A stretch of DNA of 64,000 nt from Dehalococcoidia bacterium. GTDB taxonomy: Bacteria; Chloroflexota; Dehalococcoidia; Bin125. The notes under the pieces are model-generated. The model searched no databases. It worked only from the letters and a program-made list of their open reading frames with translations, and was not told the origin of the DNA. This document shows positions 30,601 to 39,761 of this stretch, one piece after another (the first letter of the stretch is position 1; every line of letters starts with the position of its first letter). The translations under genes and the position numbers were made by a program. The stretch covers positions 937,619 to 1,001,618 of the forward strand of contig OZ242037.1 in assembly GCA_965205165.1 (NCBI GenBank), written 5' to 3'.

Positions 30601-31232
30601 ATGCGCATCGCCGTCTTCATCGACTACCAAAACGTGTACCATGCTGCGCGTCGAGCGTTTCACAATCCGAACGCTGCTCCATCGTCCGGCCAGATATCTC
30701 CGCGGAAGCTTGCGGAATTGCTGCGGCTCAAGCGGAACGGCGACGACGACCTCGTTCAAGGGGATTCCGATCAAGTCCGTGTCTATCGCGGCATGCCGCG
30801 ACTTAATGACCGAGGCTATGGGCCGGCGCTCCGGCAGATCGGGCTTGGCGCGCTGATGGCGTCACGGTAGTCACCAGGCCGTTGAGCGGCCCGTCAGTTG
30901 CGCCGCGGGAGAAGGGGATCGACATTTCCTTGGCCTTGGACTTCTTCGAGGGCGCGAGCATCGGGGCGTTTGATTTGGGTATCCTCTGTTCGGTGGACAG
31001 CGATTTCGAGCCGCTGATCGAGCGGGTTCAAGATCCGCAAAGAGCGTTCAGCGGCACCGTGGAGACGGCCGCATGGTGGGCTCCGCCGCGACAGGTTTTG
31101 CAGCTGGGCGGCGGTTCGGGCGCTCGGTGCAATCTCTTGACCAAGGCGGACTACGACATAGTGCGCGACCGAACCAACTATGGAATTCCCGCCCGCACTC
31201 GAAGGAGGCGGCGGCGAAATCGGGGCCGATGA
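30601..31232 (+). pseudogene. NYN-domain (LabA-like) predicted RNase, split by a stop/frameshift into 30601..30870 and 30882..31232
   Basis: Part 1 MRIAVFIDYQNVYHAARRAF... is the NYN N-terminal motif. Part 2 ...EKGIDISLALDFFEGA...ILCSVDSDFEPLIERVQD is the NYN central and C-terminal motifs. The two parts lie in different frames, separated by TAG. Local GC is noticeably lower than the surroundings. Confidence 0.6.
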
Positions 31233-31239
31233 TTAGCAG

Positions 31240-32001
31240 CTACAGGGTTGCGCCGCCGTCTACGGTGATGGTTTGGCCGGTTACGAAGGAGTTGCGTTCG
31301 ATTAGGGCTACTATTGCGTCGGCGCAGAGTTGGGGGGTGGCTACGCCTTGGAGGGGGGCGGTTTGTTCCAGGCGGGCGATGCCGGCCAGGTAGGTTTCCT
31401 CGCCGAGGCCGCCTTTGAGCCAGCGGCCTTCGATGAAGCCGGGGGCGATGGTGTTGATGCGGATTTCGGGGCCGAGGACCCGGGCGAGGCTCTTGGTGAT
31501 GATGTTGATGCCGGCCTTGCTGGCGGCGTAGGGGATGCTGCTGCCGCCGCCGCCGATGCCGGCGACGGAGCTGACGTTGACGATCGCGCCCTCGCCGGCG
31601 GCCTTCATGTGCGGGGCGGCGGCGCGGCTGCAGTTGAAGGTGCCGCGCAGGTTGGCGCCGAGGATTTCGTCCCAGACTTCGTCGGTGACGGCTTCGAGGT
31701 CTTCGTGGGCGATGAAGCGGGTCATGCCGGCGTTGTTGACGAGGATCTGGAGCGCGCCGAATTCGTCGACGGCGGATTGGATCAGGCGGCGGCAGTCGGC
31801 GTCGCTGCGGACATCGGCTTGGACGGCGATGGCGCGGCCGCCGGCGGCGCGGATGCGTTCGACGATCTCGTTGGCGGCGGCTTCGCCGCGGTTGTAGTTG
31901 ACGACGACGGCCGCGCCGAGGCCGGCGAGGAGTTCGGCTGCGGCTTCGCCGACGCCGGATGAGGAGCCGGTGACGACGGCGACCTTGCCCGCGATGTCCA
32001 T
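31240..32001 (-). CDS. SDR-family oxidoreductase (FabG-like 3-oxoacyl-ACP reductase)
   Basis: MDIAGKVAVVTGSSSGVGEA (TGxxxGxG) ... NNAG ... YAASKAG. Start at the internal ATG. Confidence 0.85.
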   Translation of the reverse strand: MDIAGKVAVVTGSSSGVGEAAAELLAGLGAAVVVNYNRGEAAANEIVERIRAAGGRAIAVQADVRSDADCRRLIQSAVDEFGALQILVNNAGMTRFIAHEDLEAVTDEVWDEILGANLRGTFNCSRAAAPHMKAAGEGAIVNVSSVAGIGGGGSSIPYAASKAGINIITKSLARVLGPEIRINTIAPGFIEGRWLKGGLGEETYLAGIARLEQTAPLQGVATPQLCADAIVALIERNSFVTGQTITVDGGATL

Positions 32002-32094
32002 GTCCGGCTCCCGTCCCGTTCTCGCGCCGGTCGTTCCGGCGCTTCGGCGGGGCACAGGATAGGGGCGGGCCGTCGATCTGCGACCGGCCCGGGG

Positions 32095-32280
32095 TTATTC
32101 GGAGGCGGGGCGGAGGGAGAGGCGCTGCTCGGTGCGGCAGCGGCGGCAGCGCCAGCGGATGTTGACGCGGCCGTTGGGCGGGCGTTCGAGTTCGCAGGCG
32201 AGTGCGCCCTCGCCGTGGCGCTGGCTGGGGCAGCCGGGGTTCTGGCAGCGGATCTGCTGGCGGATCATCTGCTTCGGCAT
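32095..32280 (-). CDS. small zinc-ribbon protein (62 aa, CxxxxC...CxxC)
   Basis: MPKQMIRQQIRCQNPGCPSQRHGEGALACELERPPNGRVNIRWRCRRCRTEQRLSLRPASE. It sits inside and in frame with the tail of junk track ORF 32095..33696, 66 nt downstream of the 638-aa gene. Confidence 0.5.
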   Translation of the reverse strand: MPKQMIRQQIRCQNPGCPSQRHGEGALACELERPPNGRVNIRWRCRRCRTEQRLSLRPASE

Positions 32281-32345
32281 TGCGGGCTCCTTCGGGTGCG
32301 GGCATGGCGCGGGCCGCAGGTTCCGGGTTTCGGCTTCGGGGCGGC

Positions 32346-34259
32346 TCAGACGGAGCCTCGGGGAACGTTGAGTTCGCCAAGGTCGGAGAGTTCGGGGCTC
32401 AGGGGCGCGACGACGGAGCGGGGCGCGGAGGTGTTCGGAGCGGCCCCCGCGGCGGCGAGTTCGCGGTCGAGGCGGGCCTGTTCGAGCAGCCAGCGACGAT
32501 GGCGGGCGATGGCGGCCTCCGGGTGCTCGTCGCCGATGTACTGCTCGATGTAGCCGCGCTGGTCGAGCGGGTCCAAGGGGTCGTTGAGGCGGGCGCGGCC
32601 GTGTTCCTGTATGGCGATGCGCTGGGCCTGGCTGTAGGGGTCGATGCGGACGTCGATGTCGAGCGAGGGGATGCGGGCGGGGTCGACGCCGACGATGGTG
32701 TCGCGCAGGACGCGGCCCTCGCGGGTGCAGGCGAAGACCCAGACGGGCTCGCCGAAGCCGCCGAGCGGGGCGGGCTTGGACATGACCATGGCCATGTTGC
32801 GGAGCATGATGCGGGCGGCGCGGGCCTGCTGGCGCTTGAGGTGCTGGACTTGGGAGTTGCGCGCGGAGAGGAGCAGGTTGAGGGTGTGGGGCTGCGTGTT
32901 GGGGCCGGCTTCGCCGCGCAGGATCGCGCCGGTGTCGGGAGCGGCGGCGGCGAGGTCCTCGTTGGCGAGGCGGAGGAATTCGATGAAGGCGGGGTCGAAG
33001 GGGAATTCGACCTTTTCGAGCGATGCGCCGGCGGGGAGGTTGCGCGCGGCCGCAGCGGAGGCGGTGAGTTCGACGCGGGTGCCGCCTTCGGCATCGGTCT
33101 CGTAGCCGCCTTCGGCGAGGCGGATCCAGTAGAGCGGGACGGCGGCCTGCTCGGCGATGACGCGGGCGAGGGAGCGGTCGTAGTCGAAGGTCGGCTTGAC
33201 GCGGTAGACGCCCTCGAGCAGCGGCTCCCAGCGGCGGACGGGGTCGGGATGATCGTTGACGTCGGAGGGGGCGAGGGCGAAGGGCGGCATTTCGTAGGGG
33301 TGGCCGTGGGACTTGACGAGCGTCCAGCCGCCGGCGGCGGGGGCGGCGAGTTCGTAGTAGCGGGAGCGGGTCCAGACGGAGGCGACGCGGACGCGGTCTC
33401 CCCAGCCCGCGGCGGACGGGTCGCCTGCGACGGGGGCGTCGCCGGGCTCGGCGAGTTGGAGGCGGGGGCGGCCGCGTTCGCGGCCGAGGGCGAGCCGGAG
33501 GCGATCCTGGCGGGCGAGGGCGGCTTGGTAATCGGAGAGGGCGACCTCGCGGAGAACGAGCGCGACGCCGATGCCGTTGGGCGCGAGGCGGTCTTCGATG
33601 AAGGCGAACTGGTCGGGGCGGACGACTTCGATGCGCCAGGGGAAGCCGGCTTCGGCCTTGCGGCGGCGGTCGCGCTCGCGGCGGCTGCCGGCGCATTCGA
33701 CGAGGCGGCCGCGCTGGTCACGGAAGCGTCGGCGCTCGTCGGGATCGGAGGGGGCGCGGCTGCGGGTTTCGGGCTGCGGGAAGGGCGGCAGCCGATCGAA
33801 GGCGCGCTGCCAGTGGAGGACGCCGTAGCAGAGGCAGACTTGGCCGTAGGCGAGTTCGCCTTGGATGCCGGCGCCGGAGCGCTCGTCGGCGAGGACGAGG
33901 CCGTGCTCGAAGACCTGTTCGAGGTCGTTGGCGGCGGCGCGGGCCCGCTCGGAGTCGTTGGGCGGTTCGACATGGACGCGGAGCGGGTGCTCGCGCAGGC
34001 GGACGCGGAGTTCGGACCAGGCGCGGCGGGCGGCGTCGGTCTGCCAGCCGCCGAAGTCCTCGAAGGGTTCGGGCAGGCGCGGGTCGGCGGAGGGCGAGTT
34101 GAAGAGGTGCTGCTCGCGGGCGCGGATGCGCTGGTGGAGGGGGCCGAAGCGGGAGCCGGCGGGGGATGCGCCGCCGGCGAGTCGGTCGATCAGCGCGGTC
34201 AGCTGGTCGAGGCTCATGGGCGGTTCGGCGGCGGTGCGGGCTTTGGTGCTCGGCATCAT
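32346..34259 (-). CDS. large hypothetical protein (~638 aa), no recognisable domain
   Basis: Long ORF with a coding-like composition that is not Arg/Pro junk. AGGAG RBS upstream of the ATG at 34259. The overlapping same-strand off-frame ORFs 32095..33696 and 32399..33973 are low-complexity artefacts. Confidence 0.6.
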   Translation of the reverse strand: MMPSTKARTAAEPPMSLDQLTALIDRLAGGASPAGSRFGPLHQRIRAREQHLFNSPSADPRLPEPFEDFGGWQTDAARRAWSELRVRLREHPLRVHVEPPNDSERARAAANDLEQVFEHGLVLADERSGAGIQGELAYGQVCLCYGVLHWQRAFDRLPPFPQPETRSRAPSDPDERRRFRDQRGRLVECAGSRRERDRRRKAEAGFPWRIEVVRPDQFAFIEDRLAPNGIGVALVLREVALSDYQAALARQDRLRLALGRERGRPRLQLAEPGDAPVAGDPSAAGWGDRVRVASVWTRSRYYELAAPAAGGWTLVKSHGHPYEMPPFALAPSDVNDHPDPVRRWEPLLEGVYRVKPTFDYDRSLARVIAEQAAVPLYWIRLAEGGYETDAEGGTRVELTASAAAARNLPAGASLEKVEFPFDPAFIEFLRLANEDLAAAAPDTGAILRGEAGPNTQPHTLNLLLSARNSQVQHLKRQQARAARIMLRNMAMVMSKPAPLGGFGEPVWVFACTREGRVLRDTIVGVDPARIPSLDIDVRIDPYSQAQRIAIQEHGRARLNDPLDPLDQRGYIEQYIGDEHPEAAIARHRRWLLEQARLDRELAAAGAAPNTSAPRSVVAPLSPELSDLGELNVPRGSV

Positions 34260-34518
34260 TCGGACTCCTGGCTGCGGGCGGCGCGCGAACATATGCCGAC
34301 CTGCCCGCTTTGTCAAACTGATGTTCTATGTGATGGGGCGGCTGTGGAATGCGGGGATAACGGGGACGGCGGCCCATTGGAGCGGGGCGGAGGCCGGCGC
34401 GGCGGCGATCGCGCCGCGACCCTGCGGGGAGCGGGATGCGCTGTACCATTAAGGCGCTGAAAGCGAAGGAGCGGCTGGCCTTGCGGGCCGCCGCGGTGCC
34501 GGTGAAGTTGGATGGCTG

Positions 34519-35535
34519 ATGGAATCTGAAGCGGGCGCGGCCCTGCAGGGCGCGCAGGCGGGCGAGGATCAATTCACCCTGCTCTTCCCGGGGCAGGGGT
34601 CGCAGTCGATCGGGATGGCGGGCAAGATCCTCGAGGTCGAGCCGGGCGCGGGGCAGTGGTTCGAGCGGGCCAACGAGGTGCTGGACTACGACCTGCTCAG
34701 GATCATCGAAGAGGGGCCGGAGGAGACGCTGAACGACACGGAGCACTCGCAGCCGGCGATTTTCGTGGCGAGCGCGGCGTGGCTGCACGCGCTGAGCGAG
34801 CGCTGGGCGGCGGCGGGGCGGCGGTTCGCGCCGGCGGCGGTGGCGGGGCACTCGATGGGGCAGATCACGGCCGCGTTTTCGGCGCGGGCGATCGGGTTCG
34901 ACGAGGCGCTGGAGCTGGTGCGGCGGCGGGGCGAGGTGATGCGGGACGCGGACTCGCTGCGGCCGGGCGGGATGGCGTCGATCATCGGGCTGCGCGATCG
35001 GGTGCTGCGGCGGCTGGTGGGCGAGGCGGCGGAGGAGGGCACGATCGTGGTGGCCAATGACAACTGCCCGGGGCAGACGGTGGTGTCGGGCGACGAGGCG
35101 CCGCTGCGGCGGCTGATGCGGATGGCGGAGGAGCACGGGGCGCGGCGGGTGGTGCGGCTGCCGATCTCGATCGCGTCGCATTCGCCGCTGATGAGCGGGG
35201 CGCAATCGCAGTTCCAGCACGCGGTCGACGCGATCAAGTGGGGCGAGCCGCAGGTGCCGGTGGCGAGCAACATCAGCGGCGGGCTGATTCATTCGGGCGC
35301 GCAGCTGCGGTCGGAGATCGCGGGGGCACTGACCGCGCCGGTGCAATGGCAGTCGGCGGTGAAGACGATGGCGGGGAACGGGGCGACGCTGTTCGTGGAG
35401 GCGGGCCCGGGCGACGTGCTCTCGAAGCTGGTGCGGCGGATCGCCCGCAGCGCCTGGACGTTCCCGGTCTCGGACGAGGACGCGGGGCTGCGGACGCGGG
35501 ACTATCCGGACCAGAGCGACGGCATCCCCAAGTGA
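34519..35535 (+). CDS. fabD: ACP S-malonyltransferase
   Basis: GQGSQ and GHSMGQ motifs. 338 aa. Confidence 0.9.
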   Translation: MESEAGAALQGAQAGEDQFTLLFPGQGSQSIGMAGKILEVEPGAGQWFERANEVLDYDLLRIIEEGPEETLNDTEHSQPAIFVASAAWLHALSERWAAAGRRFAPAAVAGHSMGQITAAFSARAIGFDEALELVRRRGEVMRDADSLRPGGMASIIGLRDRVLRRLVGEAAEEGTIVVANDNCPGQTVVSGDEAPLRRLMRMAEEHGARRVVRLPISIASHSPLMSGAQSQFQHAVDAIKWGEPQVPVASNISGGLIHSGAQLRSEIAGALTAPVQWQSAVKTMAGNGATLFVEAGPGDVLSKLVRRIARSAWTFPVSDEDAGLRTRDYPDQSDGIPK

Positions 35536-36788
35536 ACTCGGGCCGGCGCGTGGTGATCACGGGGATGGGCGCGGTCACGCCCGTCGGCAACGACTTGGAG
35601 TCGACTTGGGCGGCGCTGGTCGGCGGGGAGAGCGGGGTGTCGCGGCTGGACCGCTTCGACCCGTCGGAGTTCAATTTCAAGACGCCGCTGGCGGCTCAGG
35701 TTCGGGATTGGGACGCGGAGGCGGCGCTGCCGGACGCGAAGGCGCTGCGGCACATGGATTTGAACACGCAGTACGGCGTGACGGCGGGGCTGGAGGCGCT
35801 GGCGGATTCGGGGCTGGAGATCGACGAGGACAACCGCAACCGCGTCGGGGTGATCTTCGGTTCGGGCGGGGGCGGGATGGAGCTGGTGATCAACTGGCAG
35901 GCGACGCTGGAGGAGCGCGGGGCGCGGCGGGTCTCGCCGTTCGCGATGCCGAACCTGATCGCGGACGCGGCGAGCGGGCACCTGGCCATCCAGTCCGGCG
36001 CGGCGGGGCCCAACTATTCGCCGACCAGCGCCTGCGCGACGGGGGCGAACGCGGTCGCGGACGGGATGCTGCACATCCAAGCGGGGCGGGCGGACGCGCT
36101 GATCGTGGGGGGCAGCGAGGCGATCATCCTGCCGTTGTTCCACGCCTGCTTCGAGCGGATGGGGGTGCTGGCGCAGCCGGCGGAGCCGGTCTCCGAGTCC
36201 TGCCGGCCGTACGACCTGCACCGCAGCGGGTTCGTGCCGGGCGAGGGGGCGGCGGCGCTGCTGATCGAGGAGCTGGAATCGGCGCGGGCGCGGGGGGCGC
36301 GGATCTACGCGGAGGTGGCCGGCGGGGGCAGCGCCAACGACGCGCACGACATGGCGCAGCCGGAGGGCCACGGGCGCGGGATCATCAGCGCGGTGGAGCA
36401 GGCGATGGGCGAATCGGGGCTGGCGCCGGAGCAGGTCGGCTACGTGAACACGCACGGGACGGCGACCAAGCTGGGCGATCGGGTGGAGACGGCGGCGCTC
36501 AAGCGGCTGTTCCCGGAGCACGCCCAGCGCTTGGCGATCTCGTCGATCAAGCCGGCGACGGGGCACATGATGGGGGCGTCGGGCGCGCTGGAGGTGATCG
36601 CCTGCGCGATGGCGCTGCGGGAGGGGATCGCGCCGCCGACGCTCAACTACGAGATGCCGGATCCGGACTGCGACCTGGACTACGTGCCGAATCGGGCGCG
36701 GGAGTTCGAGGGCGATGCGGCGCTGTCGCTCTCGGTCGGGCTGGGCGGGCACAACGCAGCGGTGCTGCTGCGCCGCTGGGACGAATGA
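35532..36788 (+). CDS. beta-ketoacyl-ACP synthase II (KasA/FabF-like), copy 1
   Basis: GTG start overlaps the fabD stop. VVITGMGAVTPVGN ... active-site Cys (SPTSACATG) ... HGTATKLGD ... GHMMGASG. Confidence 0.9.
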   Translation: MNSGRRVVITGMGAVTPVGNDLESTWAALVGGESGVSRLDRFDPSEFNFKTPLAAQVRDWDAEAALPDAKALRHMDLNTQYGVTAGLEALADSGLEIDEDNRNRVGVIFGSGGGGMELVINWQATLEERGARRVSPFAMPNLIADAASGHLAIQSGAAGPNYSPTSACATGANAVADGMLHIQAGRADALIVGGSEAIILPLFHACFERMGVLAQPAEPVSESCRPYDLHRSGFVPGEGAAALLIEELESARARGARIYAEVAGGGSANDAHDMAQPEGHGRGIISAVEQAMGESGLAPEQVGYVNTHGTATKLGDRVETAALKRLFPEHAQRLAISSIKPATGHMMGASGALEVIACAMALREGIAPPTLNYEMPDPDCDLDYVPNRAREFEGDAALSLSVGLGGHNAAVLLRRWDE

Positions 36789-36795
36789 CGGCGGC

Positions 36796-38052
36796 GTGAG
36801 GGAGGCGGACCCGGCGCGGCGCGCGGTGATCACCGGGATCGGCCCCGTGACCCCGATCGGAACGGGGGTCGAGGCGTTCTGGCAATCGCTGAGCGAGGGG
36901 CGATCGGGCGCGCGGCGGGTGCCGCTGCTGGCCGAGGCCGGCCTCAAGACGCAGATCGCGTGCGACATTCCGGATTTCGAGCCGGCCGACTACATGGACC
37001 CGAAGGACGCGAAGCGGATGGCCCGCTTCGCGCAGCTGGCGGTCGCGGCCGCACGCCTGGCAGCGGCGGACGCAGGGCTGGATGCGGCGGATCTGGCCTC
37101 CGATCGCGCGGCGGCGGTGGTGAACACGGGCGGGGGCGGGGTGACTACGATCGCGGATCAGACGGAAGTGCTGGGGTCGCGCGGGCCGGCGCGGGTGAGC
37201 CCGTTCTTCGTGCCGATGATGGCGGCGAACATGGCCTCGTGCCAGGTCTCGATCCAGCTGGGCATGCGCGGGCCCGCGATCACCTCGCTGGCCGCCTGCG
37301 CTTCCTCGATCTACGCCTTCATCGACGCCCGGCAGATGCTGCTGGACGGGGAGGCCGAGCTGGTGCTGGCGGGCGGCACGGAATCGAACGTGTCGGTGCT
37401 GGGGATCGCGGGGCTGGCCAACATGCACGCGCTGTCGCGGCGGAACGAGGAGCCGGAACGGGCGTCGCGCCCGTTCGACGCGGAGCGGGACGGGTTCGTG
37501 TTCGGCGAGGGGGCGGTGGTCTGCGCGGTCGAGACGCTGGAGCGGGCGCGGGCGCGCGGGGCGAGGGTCTACGCCGAAGTGCTGGGCGGGGGTCGGACGG
37601 CCGACGCGCACCACATCACGGCGCCGGATCCGTCGGGCGACGGGATGGCGCGGGCGATGAGCGCGGCGCTGCGGCACGCGGGGCTGAACGCGGAAGACGT
37701 GGGCTACATCAGCGCGCACGGCACCTCGACGCCGATCAACGATCGAGTGGAGACGAGCGCGATCCGGCAGGTCTTCGGCGGGCGCGCGGACGAGCTGGCG
37801 GTCAGTTCGACCAAGAGCATGACGGGGCATTTGATGGGCGCGGCGGGGGCGTTGTCGGGCGCGGCCACGGCCCTGGCGATCCACCGCGGGGCGCTGCCGC
37901 CGACGATCAACTTGGAGACGCCGGACCCCGATTGCGACTTGGACTACGTGCCCAACGAGGCGCGGGAGGCGGAGATCGCGGCGGCGCTGGTCAACGGCTT
38001 CGGCTTCGGCGGGCAGAACGGGGTCGTCGCGCTGGGGCGCGCCAGCGGGTAA
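36796..38052 (+). CDS. beta-ketoacyl-ACP synthase II (KasB/FabF-like), copy 2
   Basis: GTG start. AVITGIGPVTPIG ... SLAACASS ... HGTSTPIND ... GHLMGAAG. Confidence 0.9.
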   Translation: MREADPARRAVITGIGPVTPIGTGVEAFWQSLSEGRSGARRVPLLAEAGLKTQIACDIPDFEPADYMDPKDAKRMARFAQLAVAAARLAAADAGLDAADLASDRAAAVVNTGGGGVTTIADQTEVLGSRGPARVSPFFVPMMAANMASCQVSIQLGMRGPAITSLAACASSIYAFIDARQMLLDGEAELVLAGGTESNVSVLGIAGLANMHALSRRNEEPERASRPFDAERDGFVFGEGAVVCAVETLERARARGARVYAEVLGGGRTADAHHITAPDPSGDGMARAMSAALRHAGLNAEDVGYISAHGTSTPINDRVETSAIRQVFGGRADELAVSSTKSMTGHLMGAAGALSGAATALAIHRGALPPTINLETPDPDCDLDYVPNEAREAEIAAALVNGFGFGGQNGVVALGRASG

Positions 38053-38093
38053 GCTCGCGCCCAACGCGGCCCGGATCCGCCTTGGGAGCCGAC

Positions 38094-38348
38094 ATGAGCA
38101 ACTTGCAGGAGCGCCTCTGCGCGCTGGTCGCGGACCAGCTGCGCCAGCCGGTCGAGAAGGTCACCCCGGAGGCGAACCTGATCGAGGACTTGGACGCCGA
38201 TTCGCTCGACATCGTCGACCTGACCATCGCGGTCGAGGAGGAGTTCTCGACGGACGAGATCGAGCTGGAGATCCCCGAAGAGGACGCGGCCGACATCCGG
38301 ACCGTCCAGGACCTGCTCGACTACCTGGCCGAGCGCGGGATCAGCTGA
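38094..38348 (+). CDS. acpP: acyl carrier protein
   Basis: MSNLQERLCALVADQL...DLDADSLDIVDL contains the phosphopantetheine-attachment Ser (DSLD). 85 aa. Confidence 0.85.
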   Translation: MSNLQERLCALVADQLRQPVEKVTPEANLIEDLDADSLDIVDLTIAVEEEFSTDEIELEIPEEDAADIRTVQDLLDYLAERGIS

Positions 38349-38354
38349 GGCGGC

Positions 38355-38651
38355 ATGCCGCTCCAGCGGATCCGGGCCCGCGCCTTCGAGCAGGCCGCCG
38401 GGGCCGCATCGGAGCTCGCGGCGGAGGCGATCCGCCTGCCCGAAGGCCGCACGCTGCTCAATCGCCAGGCGGAGGCGGCTTCGGCCCTGATCGTCGTGGA
38501 CGGCGCGCTGCGGATCGGGGTGATCGACGACGACGCGGAGCTGGAGCAGGGCGAGGGGGTGCTGCTGCCCAAGGGCGCGACCTACTCGGTGCGCGCCTCG
38601 ACGGACGCGCTGGCGTTCGTCTTCTCGCTGCCGACCGCGGGAGCGGCCTGA
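38355..38651 (+). CDS. small cupin-domain protein
   Basis: 98 aa, beta-rich (ALIVVDGALRIGVID...GATYSVRA). Confidence 0.4.
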   Translation: MPLQRIRARAFEQAAGAASELAAEAIRLPEGRTLLNRQAEAASALIVVDGALRIGVIDDDAELEQGEGVLLPKGATYSVRASTDALAFVFSLPTAGAA

Positions 38652-38664
38652 CGGCGCGGGCGGG

Positions 38665-39072
38665 TCAGAGCGCGCCCAAGTCCGCCAGTTCCGGCTCGCC
38701 GTCCAAGGTCGTCGAGAAGACGAACGGTCGGGGCTGGCCCGCATCGATCTCCCGTAGCCAATCCCAGCGCTGCATGAGGAACTGCAGCACCTCGAAGTTC
38801 GACGGATTGGCGACTTGGAGGACCACCATCCCGACATCGTGCCGGATGAGCTGCTCCAACTCTGGCGGGCTGGAGAGGATCCGGCGGTCCCGCGTCACGG
38901 CCAGCCATCCCGCGCCGCCCACTGCCGCGAGCCACTCTTCGTCGGTCACCGTCCGCCCGGTTCGCAGCGTTTCGGGAAAGAGCGTGAAGACGTTCGCAAC
39001 ATCGCGGATGCCGAGGCTGAACAGCGCGAGCGCGATTCGGTGCGAGATGTTCTGGTCCAAGAACAACTTCAT
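38665..39072 (-). CDS. DUF5615-family PIN-like nuclease (putative toxin)
   Basis: MKLFLDQNISHRIALALFSLG... is the characteristic N-terminus of Mut7-C/PIN-like DUF5615. 4-nt overlap with the upstream DUF433 gene. Confidence 0.6.
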   Translation of the reverse strand: MKLFLDQNISHRIALALFSLGIRDVANVFTLFPETLRTGRTVTDEEWLAAVGGAGWLAVTRDRRILSSPPELEQLIRHDVGMVVLQVANPSNFEVLQFLMQRWDWLREIDAGQPRPFVFSTTLDGEPELADLGAL

Positions 39073-39725
39073 CGGTCGGCGTAGAACTCAATGACGGCCT
39101 CGACCTCGGCCGGCGCGAGGTCGTAGTCCCACACGATTTGGGCGACTGTTTGGCCGCCGTCCAGCATTTCGGCGATGAGCTCCGCGGTCAGGCTGCGATC
39201 CCGCAGCGTTAGCCGCCCGCCCCGCACCAGCGGATCGCAATTGAGCAGCGCGCCGCGCCCGAGCGGGAAGAAGAAGCCCGCCCAAGCGTCGGTGTAGCCG
39301 AATCTGGAACGCGCATTGGCCTCGATCTCGCGGGCAAGCTCAGGGGTGAGCAGCGGGGTGCCATCAGGCGCCGCATCGCGTTCCCCGCCGTCGGCGTGCC
39401 GGCAGATCGTACCCATCTCGACGCGGGCGAACGGGTACCGCGTATCAAGCCGCGCGTCCGCATATGCGCGGATATCCCGAATCCGATCGTCGGACAATCC
39501 ATTCCGCATCAGCATGCCCGCGAGATCGAGCTCGACCAGATCGAGGAAAGAAATCTGACGACCGTTTCCGTTTTCGCCGCCGTCTCCCAGCAGCGGCGGC
39601 GCGCCGCTGGGCGATCCCGAGCCGAACCATGACGCGATCTTCCGAGGATCCACACCCGTCAGTTGCGCAGCTTCGCCGAGCTCGTAGACGGGACTGGTCC
39701 GGGCGCGGTCGGGGGGCGTTTCCAC
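39069..39725 (-). CDS. DUF433-domain protein with N-terminal extension (putative antitoxin/partner of DUF5615)
   Basis: C-terminal ...LTAELIAEMLDGGQTVAQIVWDYDLAPAEVEAVIEFYA matches DUF433. The N-terminus has an HTH-like AAQLTGVDPRKIASW. Confidence 0.6.
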   Translation of the reverse strand: METPPDRARTSPVYELGEAAQLTGVDPRKIASWFGSGSPSGAPPLLGDGGENGNGRQISFLDLVELDLAGMLMRNGLSDDRIRDIRAYADARLDTRYPFARVEMGTICRHADGGERDAAPDGTPLLTPELAREIEANARSRFGYTDAWAGFFFPLGRGALLNCDPLVRGGRLTLRDRSLTAELIAEMLDGGQTVAQIVWDYDLAPAEVEAVIEFYADR

Positions 39726-39761
39726 GCTTCACCTCGTTGGGCCACGATACCTCGCGGGCGG

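Noticed and set aside
32346-34316. Possible prophage portal/terminase identity for the 638-aa protein
   Set aside because: Considered because of size and lack of enzymatic motifs. No adjacent phage genes (capsid, protease, integrase) and no specific portal motifs were recognised, so it is left as unknown.
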